This document shows positions 38,099 through 51,200 of a DNA stretch of 64,000 nt, piece after piece. The position numbers were made by a program, and so were the translations under genes. Every line of letters starts with the position of its first letter. Position 1 is the stretch's first letter. The DNA lies in contig NC_045697.1 of NCBI RefSeq assembly GCF_009834535.1, positions 20,028,001 through 20,092,000 on the forward strand, in the 5' to 3' direction. The notes below the pieces were generated by a model. That model searched no databases. It worked only from the letters and a program-made list of their open reading frames with translations, and was not told the DNA's origin. The DNA comes from Camelus ferus. Its lineage: Eukaryota.

Positions 38099-39893
38099 TC
38101 CAGATGACATAATCTTATAGAGAGATAACCCTAAAGACATAGAAAACTGTTAGAACTAATCAGTAAATACAATATAGTTCAGGATACAAAATCAACCTAC
38201 AAAAATCAATTGTGTTTCTATATGCTAACAGCAAACTACTTGAAAAGAAAATTAGGAAAACAATCCCATTTATAATAGTACCGAAAAGAATAAACTACGG
38301 AGTAGTAAACTTCACTATGAAGATGTAAACTACCAAACTGTGTTTTGAAAACTACAAAACATTGATAAAAAAAGTTAAAGACCTAAACAAACGGAAAGGC
38401 ATGCCATATTCATGGATTGGGAGACATAATATTGCTAAAATGTCCATAGTTCCCAAAGTAATCTACAGATTCAGTGCAATCTCTTATCCAAATCCCAGTG
38501 ATCTTTTTTCCAGAAATAGAAAAAAATTCACAATTCACATGAAGCCACGAAGGGCTTGTGGAGTAAGGAGAATAGCCAAAGCAATGTGGAGTAAGGAGAA
38601 CAAAGCTGGAGGCCTTACACTTCCTGATTTCAAACTATATTTTAAAACTACAGTAATCAAAACAGTGTGTCATGGCATAAAGACAAACTTATAGACCAAT
38701 AGAACTGAATAAAGAGTCCAGAAATCAGTCCCTACATACATGGTGAACTGATCTTGGCAATGATTTTGCGGCTGTGACACCAAAGCACAGAAACCAAAAC
38801 ATAAACAAGTGAGACTACATCAAACTAAAAGCTTCTGCACAGTAAAAGAAATGATCAACAGAGTGAAAAGACATCCCACAGAATAGGAGAAGGTGTTGAG
38901 GAACCACACATCTGATAAGGGATTAATCTCCAAAATATTAAGAACACCTACAACTCAACAGTAAAAATTTAACAGCCCAATTGAAAGCTGGATAAGGACT
39001 TGAAATAGACATTTCTCCAGATAAGATGTACAAATAGCTATCTAGTACATGAAAAAAATGTTCCAAGTCACTAATCAGGGAAATAACACAAATAAAAACC
39101 ACAATGAGATTTTACATTATACCTGTTGGGGTGGCTATTTTTCACAACACAAAAGCCACCAAGTGTCGGCCAAGATTTGTAGATCCCGTCTCCTTCAAAT
39201 TGGAATCCTTGCACGCTGTTAATGAAATTGTGAAATGATGCAGCCACTATACAAAACAATATGGAGATTCTTCAAAAAATTAAAAATAGAACAACCATAT
39301 GATCCATCAATCCTTCATCTGAGTTTTTATCCAAAAGAATAAACCTCAGGATCTCAAGGATATGTTAGCCCTCCCATAATCATTGCAGCACTATTCCCAA
39401 TAGCCAAGATGTAGAAACAACATGTAAATGTCCATTGCATATTAAGGAGTAAGTAAAGTATGATCTAGCTATCTATTTACATATATTGATAAATAAATAC
39501 ACACACACACAAAATGGACGGCGTTTCAACCCTAAATAAAGGAAATTCTGCAATTTACAACAATGTAGGTGAACCTTGAGGACATTGCGCTAAGTGAAAT
39601 AAGTCACAGAAAGACAACTACTGTGTATTTCCACATATAGGAGGTATCTAAAATCATGAGATCCATCCTGGAATAGTGATTTCCAGAGGCTGTGGAGGTG
39701 AGGAAATGGGGAGTTACTGATTCACAGGTATAAAGTTTCAACTAAGCAAAATGAATGAACTACAGAGATGTTCTATACAACAGTGTACCTACAGTCAGCC
39801 ATAATGTATTCTTAAAAATGTATTAAAATGGTAGATACCATGTTAAGTGTTCTTACCACAATAAAATAGTAAAGTAAAATAAAATAGATAAAA
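38099..39893 (+). mobile_element. 5'-truncated L1 (L1MA-type), ORF2 RT end to 3' UTR, with an internal deletion near 38755
   Basis: Starts at cagatgacataatc (the ADD motif region); ORF 38362-38694 contains DLNKRKGMPYSWIGRHNIAKMSIVPKVIYRFSAI...NKAGGLTLPDFKLYFKTTVIKTV; ends gttaagtgttcttaccacaataaaa. Confidence 0.95.
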
Positions 39894-40596
39894 ATATCAT
39901 GAAATCAATAGACCATGTGAAACCAGCTAACAGACGTTTCCCCCACATGTAACACAAGAGTGTAATATACTGGTTCAAGATTTTACATTATTAGAGATGA
40001 CTTATTCCATGTAAAGACTAGATGTGAAAAGACAAGGGAATTGTTGACATGTCCAGGAAAAAGATTATTGGAGATGTGATACAAATAGAAAGGGAAAGAT
40101 ATTTTTAAGAGTTATTTTAGGAACAGAAGCAACAAGTCTTGGTCATTTTTTATAATTATTACATCCAAATAATTTAAGAGACATAATAAAGTAAATTTAA
40201 CCACACTGTTAAAAAAAGAAAAAATGAGAAGAAGAAAAAAAGAAAAGAAAAGAAAAAGAAATGACACTGGGGATAAGAAACCGTTGTAAAAATTTCTTTC
40301 CAAAATCTTGGTTGTTTAAAAAAAGTTAGTAGAATGGCTTGAACAGACTAGGTATCATGGAAGAAATTTTGCTTTGTTTATATCTATAATTCATTTTTTT
40401 AAAAAAATAACAGAAAAATATAAAGGGTGGGATTTGCCAGGTGATTTTATGGGCCAGCACCAGTGATATTTCAAGTCCCCATGTCTAAAGTCATTTTATT
40501 GTCCCTTCTGGTTGCTACATTATTCTTTATAGCACATTTTCCAGATTCATAATATGCTAGATTGCTTTTTAACTGCTCTCAATTCGTTTACAGTGT

Positions 40597-40622
40597 CACA
40601 CACACACACACACACACACACA
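40597..40622. repeat. (CA)n microsatellite
   Basis: Directly visible. Confidence 0.95.
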
Positions 40623-40739
40623 TGAAGACACACAACACGAAAACACAAACACATAGTAACAACAGCAACAAAAACAAACGAGCAAAAGCTGTCGCACAGT
40701 ATTTCACATTTGAATTTACGTACCAAATTGCTTTCTAGA

Positions 40740-41600
40740 TTGATTGATTCATTAAATTTTTTAAGTATTCATTAAGTTCCTAGTGTGCCTACACTATTAT
40801 AGGTGCCAAGAATACAATTGTGAGCAAGAAACCCAAAACTCTACTCTCTTGCCTGGTTTGTTTTTTTTTTTAAACAAAACAGGTTTATTTCTTGCTTGCT
40901 CACACAAACTTAGACACAAAATTAAAATACTCTCCTGCTTTCTTATAGATGGAGACAGACATGAATGCACAGGTATGTATAGAATCAAGTGTCAAATAAA
41001 TACCTTGGAACATGAATTCTTGCAAAGATCTATTTAGATACAGATTAGCTTAAACTGCACACCTCTCTTTATGTTGAGAATTTTAAAAGACCTCAGGAAC
41101 CAAGATAGGTAAGAGAAAATCCACCTTTGGCCAAGAAAATGCCCACGCTATAAAAGGAAGCAAAAGCTAACCAAAAGCACCCGAAAGATAAAAGAAGCTA
41201 GTGGAAGAACAGACAATAAAGAAATAAATAAAGATAAAATAGCATAAGTATTTATAGGCGTATGTAGGAGCCATGAAGAAAATGTAAGAGGGTCAAGGGA
41301 TTTAGAGCTATGGGAGATACTTCATTGAGGGTTTAAGAGTAGATGATCACAGGCATGGGAGCTGGTTATTGTCAATGAAAGGTCTCCAAGGCCACGAATC
41401 AGAGGGGCTCAGAGAAAAGGCCGGGATGAGTTTGTGAGAGAGCCCCAGGATTTGTGAGCCCCGAGACTGGAGGATTAGCCGGAGACCAGGCCATGGAAGG
41501 CCTCACAGCCAATGCTGAGAAGTTTGTCTTTTATTCCAGTTGCAGTAGAATGCAAAAGTACTGTAAACCAGGGGAGAGGCTTTATAATTACATGTCTTAT
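40740..41600 (-). mobile_element. Fragmented L2
   Basis: ttgattgattcatt...ttcctagtgtgcc...aagaatacaattgtgagcaaga and gaccaggccatggaaggcctcacagccaatgctgagaagtttgtcttttatt. Confidence 0.65.
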
Positions 41601-42626
41601 TTGAGTCTGTGTATTATATAGATGTATATTAGGTTTCTGAATATTTAATAGGTACAGTTTTGCATTCTTGTCAATGAGGTTGTTCACACGGAATGTTATC
41701 AGAGCAAATAATAATTTAAAACCTGATTTACTTTTTGTTAACTTATGGAAATTGAAATGCAGTTGTATTAATTTGGTTGGAAATGTGGAGCTCTCCTGTT
41801 TCGTATATTTACCACTTTGCTGCCACATCAGCTATTTAAATCATCTGAGTATGAGATTGGGGTCAATTCCTAACAAAATTAGAGTCACCTACAGCACAAC
41901 CAGTGCTTGGACAATTCTTTAATACTGTCACTGGAATTTTTTAAAGAAAAATATTCTAAGAAGTAAGCTGAGTTTTTTTTTTTTCACTCTACTTAAGACC
42001 ATAATAACTACAGAATGGCACTGAATTTGGAAGAAATAGAAGAGAATATTGTATTTAACAAAGTGAAAGTCTCCCCTAGACTCCAAATCTCGAAAAAACT
42101 TCCCTAGTTTTTAATTTTATTATGATTATGTTAGGATGCAGAATTGCCCAGTACTGGCTTCTTAATATTACTATAAAATTTCACCTCTTTTTTTCTTTTT
42201 GCTTATGATTAACATTTCTAAAAAGCATTTTACCTTACACAGTGTTTATGTTGCTATATAAAAATAAATGACATTTCACCGTGGACACTTTTCCTTTTGA
42301 TGTGTTCCATGGTGCGTCCAAGATTTTCTAATAAATAGCAAATGAGATATATGTCTTTTTGAACTAAATGCATAACCTCTGTTAACCTTAATAGGACTTA
42401 CGTTTGTAATGTAGACTTTTAAAATATATCAGTAACTCTAAAATAATATGCAATAAAAATTAGCCTGTGATAAGAAAAGTATTTGAGGTAATATAAGAGA
42501 TATGCAATTAGAATGGATTCTTTTACTTATTTTATGCCAAAATCTTTATGCTGTTTTGTTTGTTTGTTTGTTTTTGAGCAAATCCTTCCCTTAAACTCCT
42601 TATTGGAATGTTAAAGGATTTGTGTT

Positions 42627-42634
42627 TGTGTGCA

Positions 42635-42665
<31 letters not shown>
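42627..42665. repeat. (TG)n(CG)4 alternating purine-pyrimidine tract
   Basis: Directly visible. Confidence 0.95.
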
Positions 42666-43558
42666 TCTAAAGAGCTGAAGTTAGAACTGAATTATTTCCT
42701 TTAAAGAACAGCAGAAGCCACATTAATAATTTATTCTTCTCTCCAATTTATCTCAAATACCCCACTCATGTAAATAGCTTTGAGCAGACTTGGGACTTAA
42801 CAGATGTTATAGTCCACTTTAACTTCTCAAAAAGATGTAAGTAACATTTTTTTCCACTAAAATCATCTAATGTACCTTTCATGTCAGAGACAGATTCTTA
42901 CTGATGGGAATGTAGAAGTGCCTTCTGCACCAATTTATTTTCTCTACTGGCTTACCACATTACCTGAAATTCTCTTCACTAAAATCTCTTTTTTTTTAAT
43001 CAAAGCATTGTACCCCTAGAAGTCTCCTTTAATGTAAAGTTAATGTGAAATCTTGTCATTATTTAATCTGTTATATGCATATTAAAATGTACTTATGCCT
43101 TTTATATGCATATATTCATATAAAACTGAGAAGCAAAAATTAAACTCCCCCAACCAGTCAATGGGACTCAGAAAAAATGCACTGTGATATGAGAGGTTGG
43201 ATCATGAAGATAAAAGCGAAGGAAGGAAAGAAGAACAGGTGTGGGAAGGGGTAGATCCAGGTGAGATATTGCAGTTACATCCTTGGGCACTGAAGAATTA
43301 CTCTTTTTGTTTCAATACCTCCTATGCAGGCAAAGCATGATTACTCCAAGTATGTACCACATTTGGTACACATGCAAGTGTATGTGTAGGTGTGTATGTC
43401 TTGTGTCAAACTTTTACTCCTCCTATATCAATCTTTCCTTTCCATCTGAAGAAATGATGCTAGGTAATGCAAGTATTTGCCCTTCACCCTCAAACCGAAG
43501 TCAATGAACTGTTGAAAACAAAAATGGTAGAGTAGCCCAGATAAGTGTTCAAAATGAG

Positions 43559-43583
43559 ATTTATGGACTCCGAGTCCATAAAT
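43559..43583. repeat. Perfect 12-bp inverted repeat with 1-nt spacer
   Basis: atttatggactc-c-gagtccataaat. Confidence 0.97.
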
Positions 43584-43612
43584 GAAAACTTCTCAAGGGC
43601 ATAGATTTATAA

Positions 43613-43821
43613 CAGGGCTTTTGGATCTCAGCCCTATTGACATTTTGGGCTGCATTATTCTTTGTTGAAAGGGACTGTCTTATTATTTAGCAAGTCCCTG
43701 GTCTCTACCCACTAGAGTCCAGTAGCAATGCTTCTCAAACTGTGACTCCCAAAAATCTCTCCCTGTATTTCCAAATGTGCCTTGGGAGGGAGACAAAGTT
43801 GTCTCACATCTAGAACCGCTG
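43613..43821 (+). mobile_element. MER20 (hAT-Charlie)
   Basis: ctcagccctattgacattttgggc...ccctggtctctacccactag...ccaaatgtgccttggg...agaaccgctg. Confidence 0.88.
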
Positions 43822-46566
43822 GTTTAGAAAAATCAACTTCTAGATGCTCCACTTCCACATGAACTCTTTCCTACAAGAGATACGACTGAGAACTTAGGGT
43901 GGTATAACAAAGCCTCCTTTACAAAGCACACAAACCCACAGTGGAACTTCATGACTCAAACATAATTCTAATGATAGAAACTTGATGTTAGGAACTGTGT
44001 ATGTGGATCTGTGTTGAAACTTTCTGAATTATAAAATTAGTGGCAGAAATAATGACAAGTTTTATATAATAAGGTCATTTTTTGTTTGTTTGTTTGGCCT
44101 TACTAAGAAATGAAGGAAAAAAGGGAGGAAAGGGAATAAGACATTGTTCCTCTGAAAGCAAAGCAGGAAAACTGGTATCAAATATAGGTGAAGATAGATA
44201 AATATTAAAAGAAGCCGTACATAATTTATTTAGTCACGTTTGCATTATATTTCAGAAATTATTTTTTAAAATTGCAATGAAATAAACAATGTTTTAAAAT
44301 TAATTTGGTGATCTTAAAGGAAAATTTAAAGATAATCAGATTCATTTTTGAATCTTGCCAATCGGCAATGTCAGCTATTTTGGACACGATCAAATACACA
44401 TGAAATTTAAAAAAAAAATCTCTATGCAGTCAAATGAGATGACACAAGTAACAGATTTAGTACCTAAATTTCATTGTAGGAGTTCTTTGTATAGCTTATT
44501 CACAGGAAATTAGAAAGTGTCCCTACTATAAATTACTTATTCTTAGATTATATGAAATACTTAACTAGTTAATATCATGTCTCTCTGAGCTTGAAAAGTA
44601 TTGTCAGAGTCCATTCAGTAAAATATTTTAAATTTGAAAGTCTGATTTAGAGATGGGTTAGAAATCACTTATTTTTTTTGAGGCCCAGTTTTTCAAGTAT
44701 ATTATTTAAATCTTGAAGGATCTACACTATTGTTTTTTAATGTACTCAACATCAGTTTGCAGCTACTTTCAAAGTGTTGCAAAACTTAAATGAGCTATTC
44801 TTTCCAGACTTCCTAAGAATAGGACATTACTACTTCAACTTGATGTTGAATCTCTTATCTCTTTGTCACATTTCAAAATAATGTTTTCTTTTAATCAAAA
44901 TCTTCAGTGAGTAAACTTAAATTTTATTTTGGGGTCTTCTGAGAAATTGTGTGGAAAAGCAAAGGAGATCTTTGCAAAAATATGAATGCACAGCATAGTC
45001 ATTATTAGGCACCTTTGATTGGCTATGCTTATTATCATTTAGTTAACTGTGATACAGAAAAGACAAATAGGGTAAGATCAGATGATTTGATGTGAATATC
45101 AGAATTCAAAATTTTATAAAGGTTTTTGCATCAGTGACCAGTTCTTTAAAATTCAACTTTTCCTTTGCATATGAGACTTTCTTCAAAACATATGATGGCA
45201 TTATTCTCTGAAGCTGGTGAAAGAAAAGGATTCTTTTTTTTTTTTTTTTGATAATTTATATGAAGTCATGTGTTAGACTGGTCTTCTGCCTGTCAGTTTT
45301 GCATTCATCAGACATGAGTGTTTGGTTTGAATATGTTTTTGAAAATAAAGAGTACTGTGTTGAAAATACTATCAATAGACATCATCTTCAAACAAAGGGT
45401 ATTCATTCTCTAAAGAAGGAATATATACTCCTGTAAATAGATTGAAACATTGACAGTTATGGGCTAACATACCTTGAGCACTTAATGCAAAAAACAATTT
45501 TATTGTTAATTTTACCCCAAAAGGAATAGTTGGGGTTATTGAGCTTTGAAATGGGGAGTTTTACATCTTCACTGATGTGTAAGTTACCTATTCTGTGAAA
45601 TTTTACAAATATGTTAAAAAATGGGAATTCCCACTAGTTAATCCCTTAGAGTACCATTTTCTACTAATTAGGCAGACAAGTTTAATTAAATGTAGTATAT
45701 TTTTGGACTACATATTTAGATTCTCAAAGAAAGTAGAGTTTATTATAAATCACAATCTTAAATTTGTAATCAAAAAAGGCAAGGAAGAATCTATATATCT
45801 GTATGTATATACGTATTGGATCTTAAAATCTGGAAAAAATCATTATTATGATAAATTTTTACTGGATCATGCACTTTTCTTTCTCAACTAAAATTACCCT
45901 TTTGAAATCAGGCTTTAAGAGTCGTAGTTCCCTTTTGTTCTGTCATGAGGAAAGCTTTCTTCTTTTGGAAAAGAAAATAATATATCATGATTTCTGGGAG
46001 GAAATTATATTTGGTAGAACTTGACTGTTAATCATAATTTGAGGATTTTCTAGCAGCAGTAGCTGAATCATTTTGACTGCTAGCTCACTGTGAATGAAAG
46101 GCATACATTTCTGAACAACCAGTCTGTGTGAACTCCTGCTGTCGCTTACACAGTGCTACTGTCTACATTTTCCTTTGTGACCCAAAGCCGTGATCCTTTC
46201 GGGGTCTCCTAATGGCCCATTGTGAGGTTTTGGTTCCTGCATACCTGTGACTTTAATAATAAATCAGACCTGTGCTTGCTCTCAAGGAGCTGTCTGTCTG
46301 CTTAGTAAATCCAAAAGGTCAACACCAGATCTTGGTTGAAGTTTGTAAGAATTATGACAAAATAGCTTTTAAAAAATTACAGAAATAGGAAATTACTTTT
46401 AGCTTACAAAAAAGAAAAGAATTGGACAGAAAATGATACACTGTGGAATACGCTGAATTTTACCTGGATTTAGAGGTAAATGAGGTAGTTAATGAAGGAC
46501 AGGAAAAAGTCGTATACATCAAAAAGGAAATAGGTCAAGAAAATGTTATTAAAATATGTATATTTT

Positions 46567-46663
46567 GGGGGGTGGGTATAGCTCAGTGGTAGATGCATGC
46601 TTTGCATGCACCAGATCCTGGGTTCAATCCCCAGTACCTCCACTAAAACATAAAAATTAAAAA
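46567..46663 (+). mobile_element. Camelid Vic-1-like tRNA-derived SINE
   Basis: ggggggtgggtatagctcagtggtag; A box tagctcagtgg at 46579-46589; B box ggttcaatcc at 46621-46630; A-rich tail; atgtatat on both flanks. Confidence 0.88.
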
Positions 46664-48289
46664 TGTATATATTAATATTATAATACTACAGGGGCACAGT
46701 TATAATTGGCCAAATAAATAATAATGTGTATTGCCTAATTGGGAACAACTTACTATCTACATAGTCTTGTTTTCTATTTATTAAAAAATATGTTTTTATG
46801 GTAATTTTTGGGTTAGGCGATATGAGGAAGTCTTACTAGATGTCAGATTTAACTTGTGTATGAATATACAGAAACACTTATTTGGAATATGTAAGTTAAC
46901 ACACTGAAGAATAAACCAGCTTATCATTAGTACCTCAAATTGCCTTCTGTCCTCTAAGTGCCTGTTAGACTAAAGAACATTGAGATAAATTTTCATTCCT
47001 TTAAGAAAATGAACAGGTAGTGAGATTATTATGAATTTATCAATGTTTGGTATGTATCCAATTTAATGAATTTCTCTTAAGAATTTTTTTTCTTTTGTTA
47101 ATAACATAATATAAAAATTCCTTGACAGTTATTCAGTCTTTCACTTGCTGTTTTAGCATGTAATTGGATGCCATGGTGTTTCATAATTAAAACATTTCAA
47201 TAAATTCTTTGTAAAAAGGATATTTCTGCATACATATGTGAACTCAGAATGGAACCTTGTTTTAATACTTATTTGACATACAGGATTAAGTAGGACTTCT
47301 GTTTTATCTTGGGTATGTCAGTAACTAGTAAGCTCTCTTTTTCATAGTAGATCTCTATAGGGCCTATCAGTTCTGGGAAAAAGACAAAACATATAAGAGA
47401 TCTTATATTCGTTGTAATGAGAGCTCTAAAAAGTTACTTTTTCCTTTGCTGATATTCCAGTTTACTAATTTGAGAGACTTTTCAGATTAACTGGTAAAAA
47501 AAACAATCCCACACAAATAGTTATGTGTTTATGACCTTGAGTGTGTCCATTGAGATGAGACAAGCTCTTTATTAATATGCACGTGTATATACAAGATCAC
47601 ATATTTATATTTCTACACTGTGAGCAAGATTTGGATACTTCAAAAAATCAAAGAGGGAATAATAAACCCAAGATTAAAGTATTAAAATCGAATAAAATGA
47701 ATCTTTTCACGTTTTGTACATACACAGAAGATTCTGAATACTTAAAGTCTAGGTACGTTAAGCTAACCAGGATATGTTTCCATATCAATGTATATTTTTG
47801 AATATTGATGTTGAATTCAGTGGAGCTATATTACTGAAATACAATGTCACATATCTCACATAAAAGAGGTTGGCAATCACATGGCAATAAATGCTTATGA
47901 TCTTTATGACCCCATTACATGACATTGCTAGATGGCAAATAGCATGTATCTATGGTCTCGTTTATTTTCTTGTTCAGTCTTTCACTCATACATATACAAC
48001 CCACATGTGAAGACTAATTTTTGTGTATGTTTTTATTAAACTTTAGACTCTTGGAAGACATGGACCATGGATTTCACCCCTGTATTAAGAGGCTTATCAG
48101 AATGCTTATAACATGGCAAGTACTAAATAATAGAGTTGCTCTAAAAATGTACATCAGAGAATAGACTACAGAGCAAAATGCAATATTATAATAAAATACT
48201 ACCTATTTCTACATGTGAAATTTACCAGGTGTATATATATATACACACACACATTTTAAAATTGAATATACTAAAAAATATGTATATAA

Positions 48290-51200
48290 AATTGCTACAA
48301 AACAAGAGTTACAAATCAGTAGATCCAGTGGAGGATCATCAACTCTCTCAGTAATTTGTAAATCAACCAGATTTTTAAAAGCAGTATAAACATAGATGTT
48401 TTGAAATACACAGTTGTCACCTCAGATCTAAAAATCAATACCCAATAATTAGAGAACACACATACTTTAAAATTCTTGGAATGCTTATGTATTTCATTAG
48501 ACACTAGACTCCAGTGAGGTCTCAAGAATATCAAGCATTTAAAATTAAATACTCCGTTCTGAATGTAACTAAATTCAAAGGCATCCACAAAAAGTTCATC
48601 CAAAATATAGTGGAGGAAATACCTGAAGACATAATTGAGGTACCTTTACCAGAAATAAAGGTGAAAGATCTTAATTTGAAAGGCATATATTGTGCTAAAG
48701 AGGAGATAAAGAAAAACTTAAATCTAGATGTGTTACAGTGATATTTTAAAATATACAAGAAAAGAGCAAAATTATTTTAAAATTAAGTTTCTCCAGAGAC
48801 ACATAATATCAGTTTCAAAGAATAAAGGATCAGATCTACATCAAAATTTTTTAACTGCATCATTGTCTATAGGGAGAGAGTAGAGTAATATTTATTCAAA
48901 TATTAACTATATCATAATTTATATTTTTTAATCTAGCTATACAATCAAATCCAATAATATTTAAACAGATAATATACCATGACCATGTTAATTTTTATCC
49001 TATATATACAAAAAATTTCATACTTAAAAATCTATGAATTTAATTCTAACATTAACAAATTAAAAGAAAAACACATGATTATTTAAATAAATCATAAGTT
49101 TATGATAAAAATGCTCAGTACATTAGAAATAGGAGGGAACATTTATGAAGTGAATGTTATATGTAAATATTGACAAATATTATTCTTAATGGGTCAATGT
49201 AGAGAACTTCCCATTTAAAATTAAGAAATATATAAGGAAGCATATTTTCACAACTTCAAACCACAAGTGCTTTGCTGGCCCTAGCCTAAATAATAATATG
49301 ATACAAAGGAATTAGATAAATGAAGATTAGGAAAGAAGGAATGAAACAACCATTGTTTGTATAATATATGACCATTTACTTAGAAAAAATTTAGATTCAT
49401 TATTATGCATATTTGTAAAGTTTATCTAGATAGCAGAACATGATAATATTAAAAATTCAAGTGAATTTCTTTGTATCAGCAACAAAAAATTAAAAATAAT
49501 TTAAGTGACTGTTTAATGTACATCAGAAAATAGTGATCAAATAATTGAAATTAAGTCTAACAAAAGGTATTCTGGATGTTATAAAAAGTTCAATAAATGT
49601 ATATTAAAATGTATAGCACCTAAATTGATGGAGAACCTGTTTTCATGTATAGAGTAACATGATATCATGAGGACATTAATTCTTCTGAATTGTGGCTATA
49701 AATTATAAAGAAAAAGAAGAAAAGACTTACCAATTTGTTTTATAAACCCTGTATTTCCCTGATGTCACTTATGAAGACATTGAAAGAAAAAAAATGATAC
49801 GCTATTATTCCACACAAATATAGACATCATAAATTTAATTCAGCAATATATCTCTGGAATTCAAAGCTAGTGAAACATTTAAAACCAGTTCAATTAATTA
49901 GCCATATTAACAGAATAAAGGAATAAACCATATGAACAACTCAATCCAATGATCTTCCATTTGTGATAAAATTGATAAGTTAAGTACACATAGACTAGTA
50001 CCCCCTCAATCTAATAAAGAACGTCTATGATGAGTCCTACACATAACATCATATGTAAGTGTGAAGGACTGAATGCTTTCCCTCTAGATTAGGAAAAATG
50101 CATGAGTGTCACTTTTCACAACTAACCTTCAGCATTGCACTGGATGTCCTAGTTAGTGCAAGAAAGCAAGAAAAAGAAATAAACAGCATAAAGATTGGGA
50201 AGAAATAAGTCAAACTGTCAGTATTCTCGGGAAATATTTTTTTTAATGTGGAAAAATCCTAAGGAATCTGCCAAAACAAACAAAACTTCTAGTAGTTCTA
50301 AGAAGTGGATTTAACAAGCTTCCAGGATATGAGGTCTATAATAAGAATCAACTGTATTTTTGTATTCTAGTGCTAAACAACTAGAAAATGAAATAAAAAT
50401 GTCCATTTTCAAAAGCATCAAAAAACCCTGAAATACTTAGGAATAATTTTAACAACAGGTAAAGCATGACATGTATTCTGAGAACCACGAAATATTTCTG
50501 AGACTGATTAAAAGAAGACCAAATAAGTGAAGAAGCGTGGTCTCATTACTGAGATACTGAAACACTCAGTGTTATTAAAAAATGATTCTCCCAAAACAAT
50601 CTGGGGAGTCCAAAAAATCTAAATTAATATCTTAGCAAAAGCTTTTGGTGGAAAATGTTAAGATTATACTAAAATTAATAAATGTGAAATAATTAAAATA
50701 GTCAAAACAATCCTGAAAAAGTAGAACATAGTTAGAAGCTTTATACCACCAGATTTCACAGCTTACAGTGACACTATAGACACACTGGTAGTGGAATAAG
50801 TATAGACAAACAGATCAATGGAACAGAGTATACGTGTAAACTAACATACGTTCAATTGATTTTTCAATAAAAGTTCCAAAGCAATGTAATGGGAAATGCA
50901 AAAACTTTTCAACAAACTTTGCTGAAACAAGTGGATATTTACATGGAAAAATTCAACTTTAATTTATATTTAACATCACACACAAGCAATTCAAAATGAA
51001 TCATGACCTGACCTAACTATAAACGTTAAAACTACAAAGTTTAAATGATAACACATGGCCCAATGATAAAAGAAGAATCCTCAGACAGCATAAAACAAGT
51101 ACTGCAAAACATTACAAATTATACTTCATCAACATTAGAAATTTCTGATCGTTAAAAGACACCATTAAGAAAATTAGTATGCAAGCCACAAATGGGAAAC

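Noticed and set aside
46437..46590. Open frame YTVEYAEFYLDLEVNEVVNEGQEKVVYIKKEIGQ
   Set aside because: Bounded by an upstream stop, has no start codon or acceptor, and runs into a SINE.
46567..46640. tRNA gene
   Set aside because: It has A and B boxes but no clean acceptor stem, and it has an A-rich tail and a TSD-like flank, so it is a SINE.
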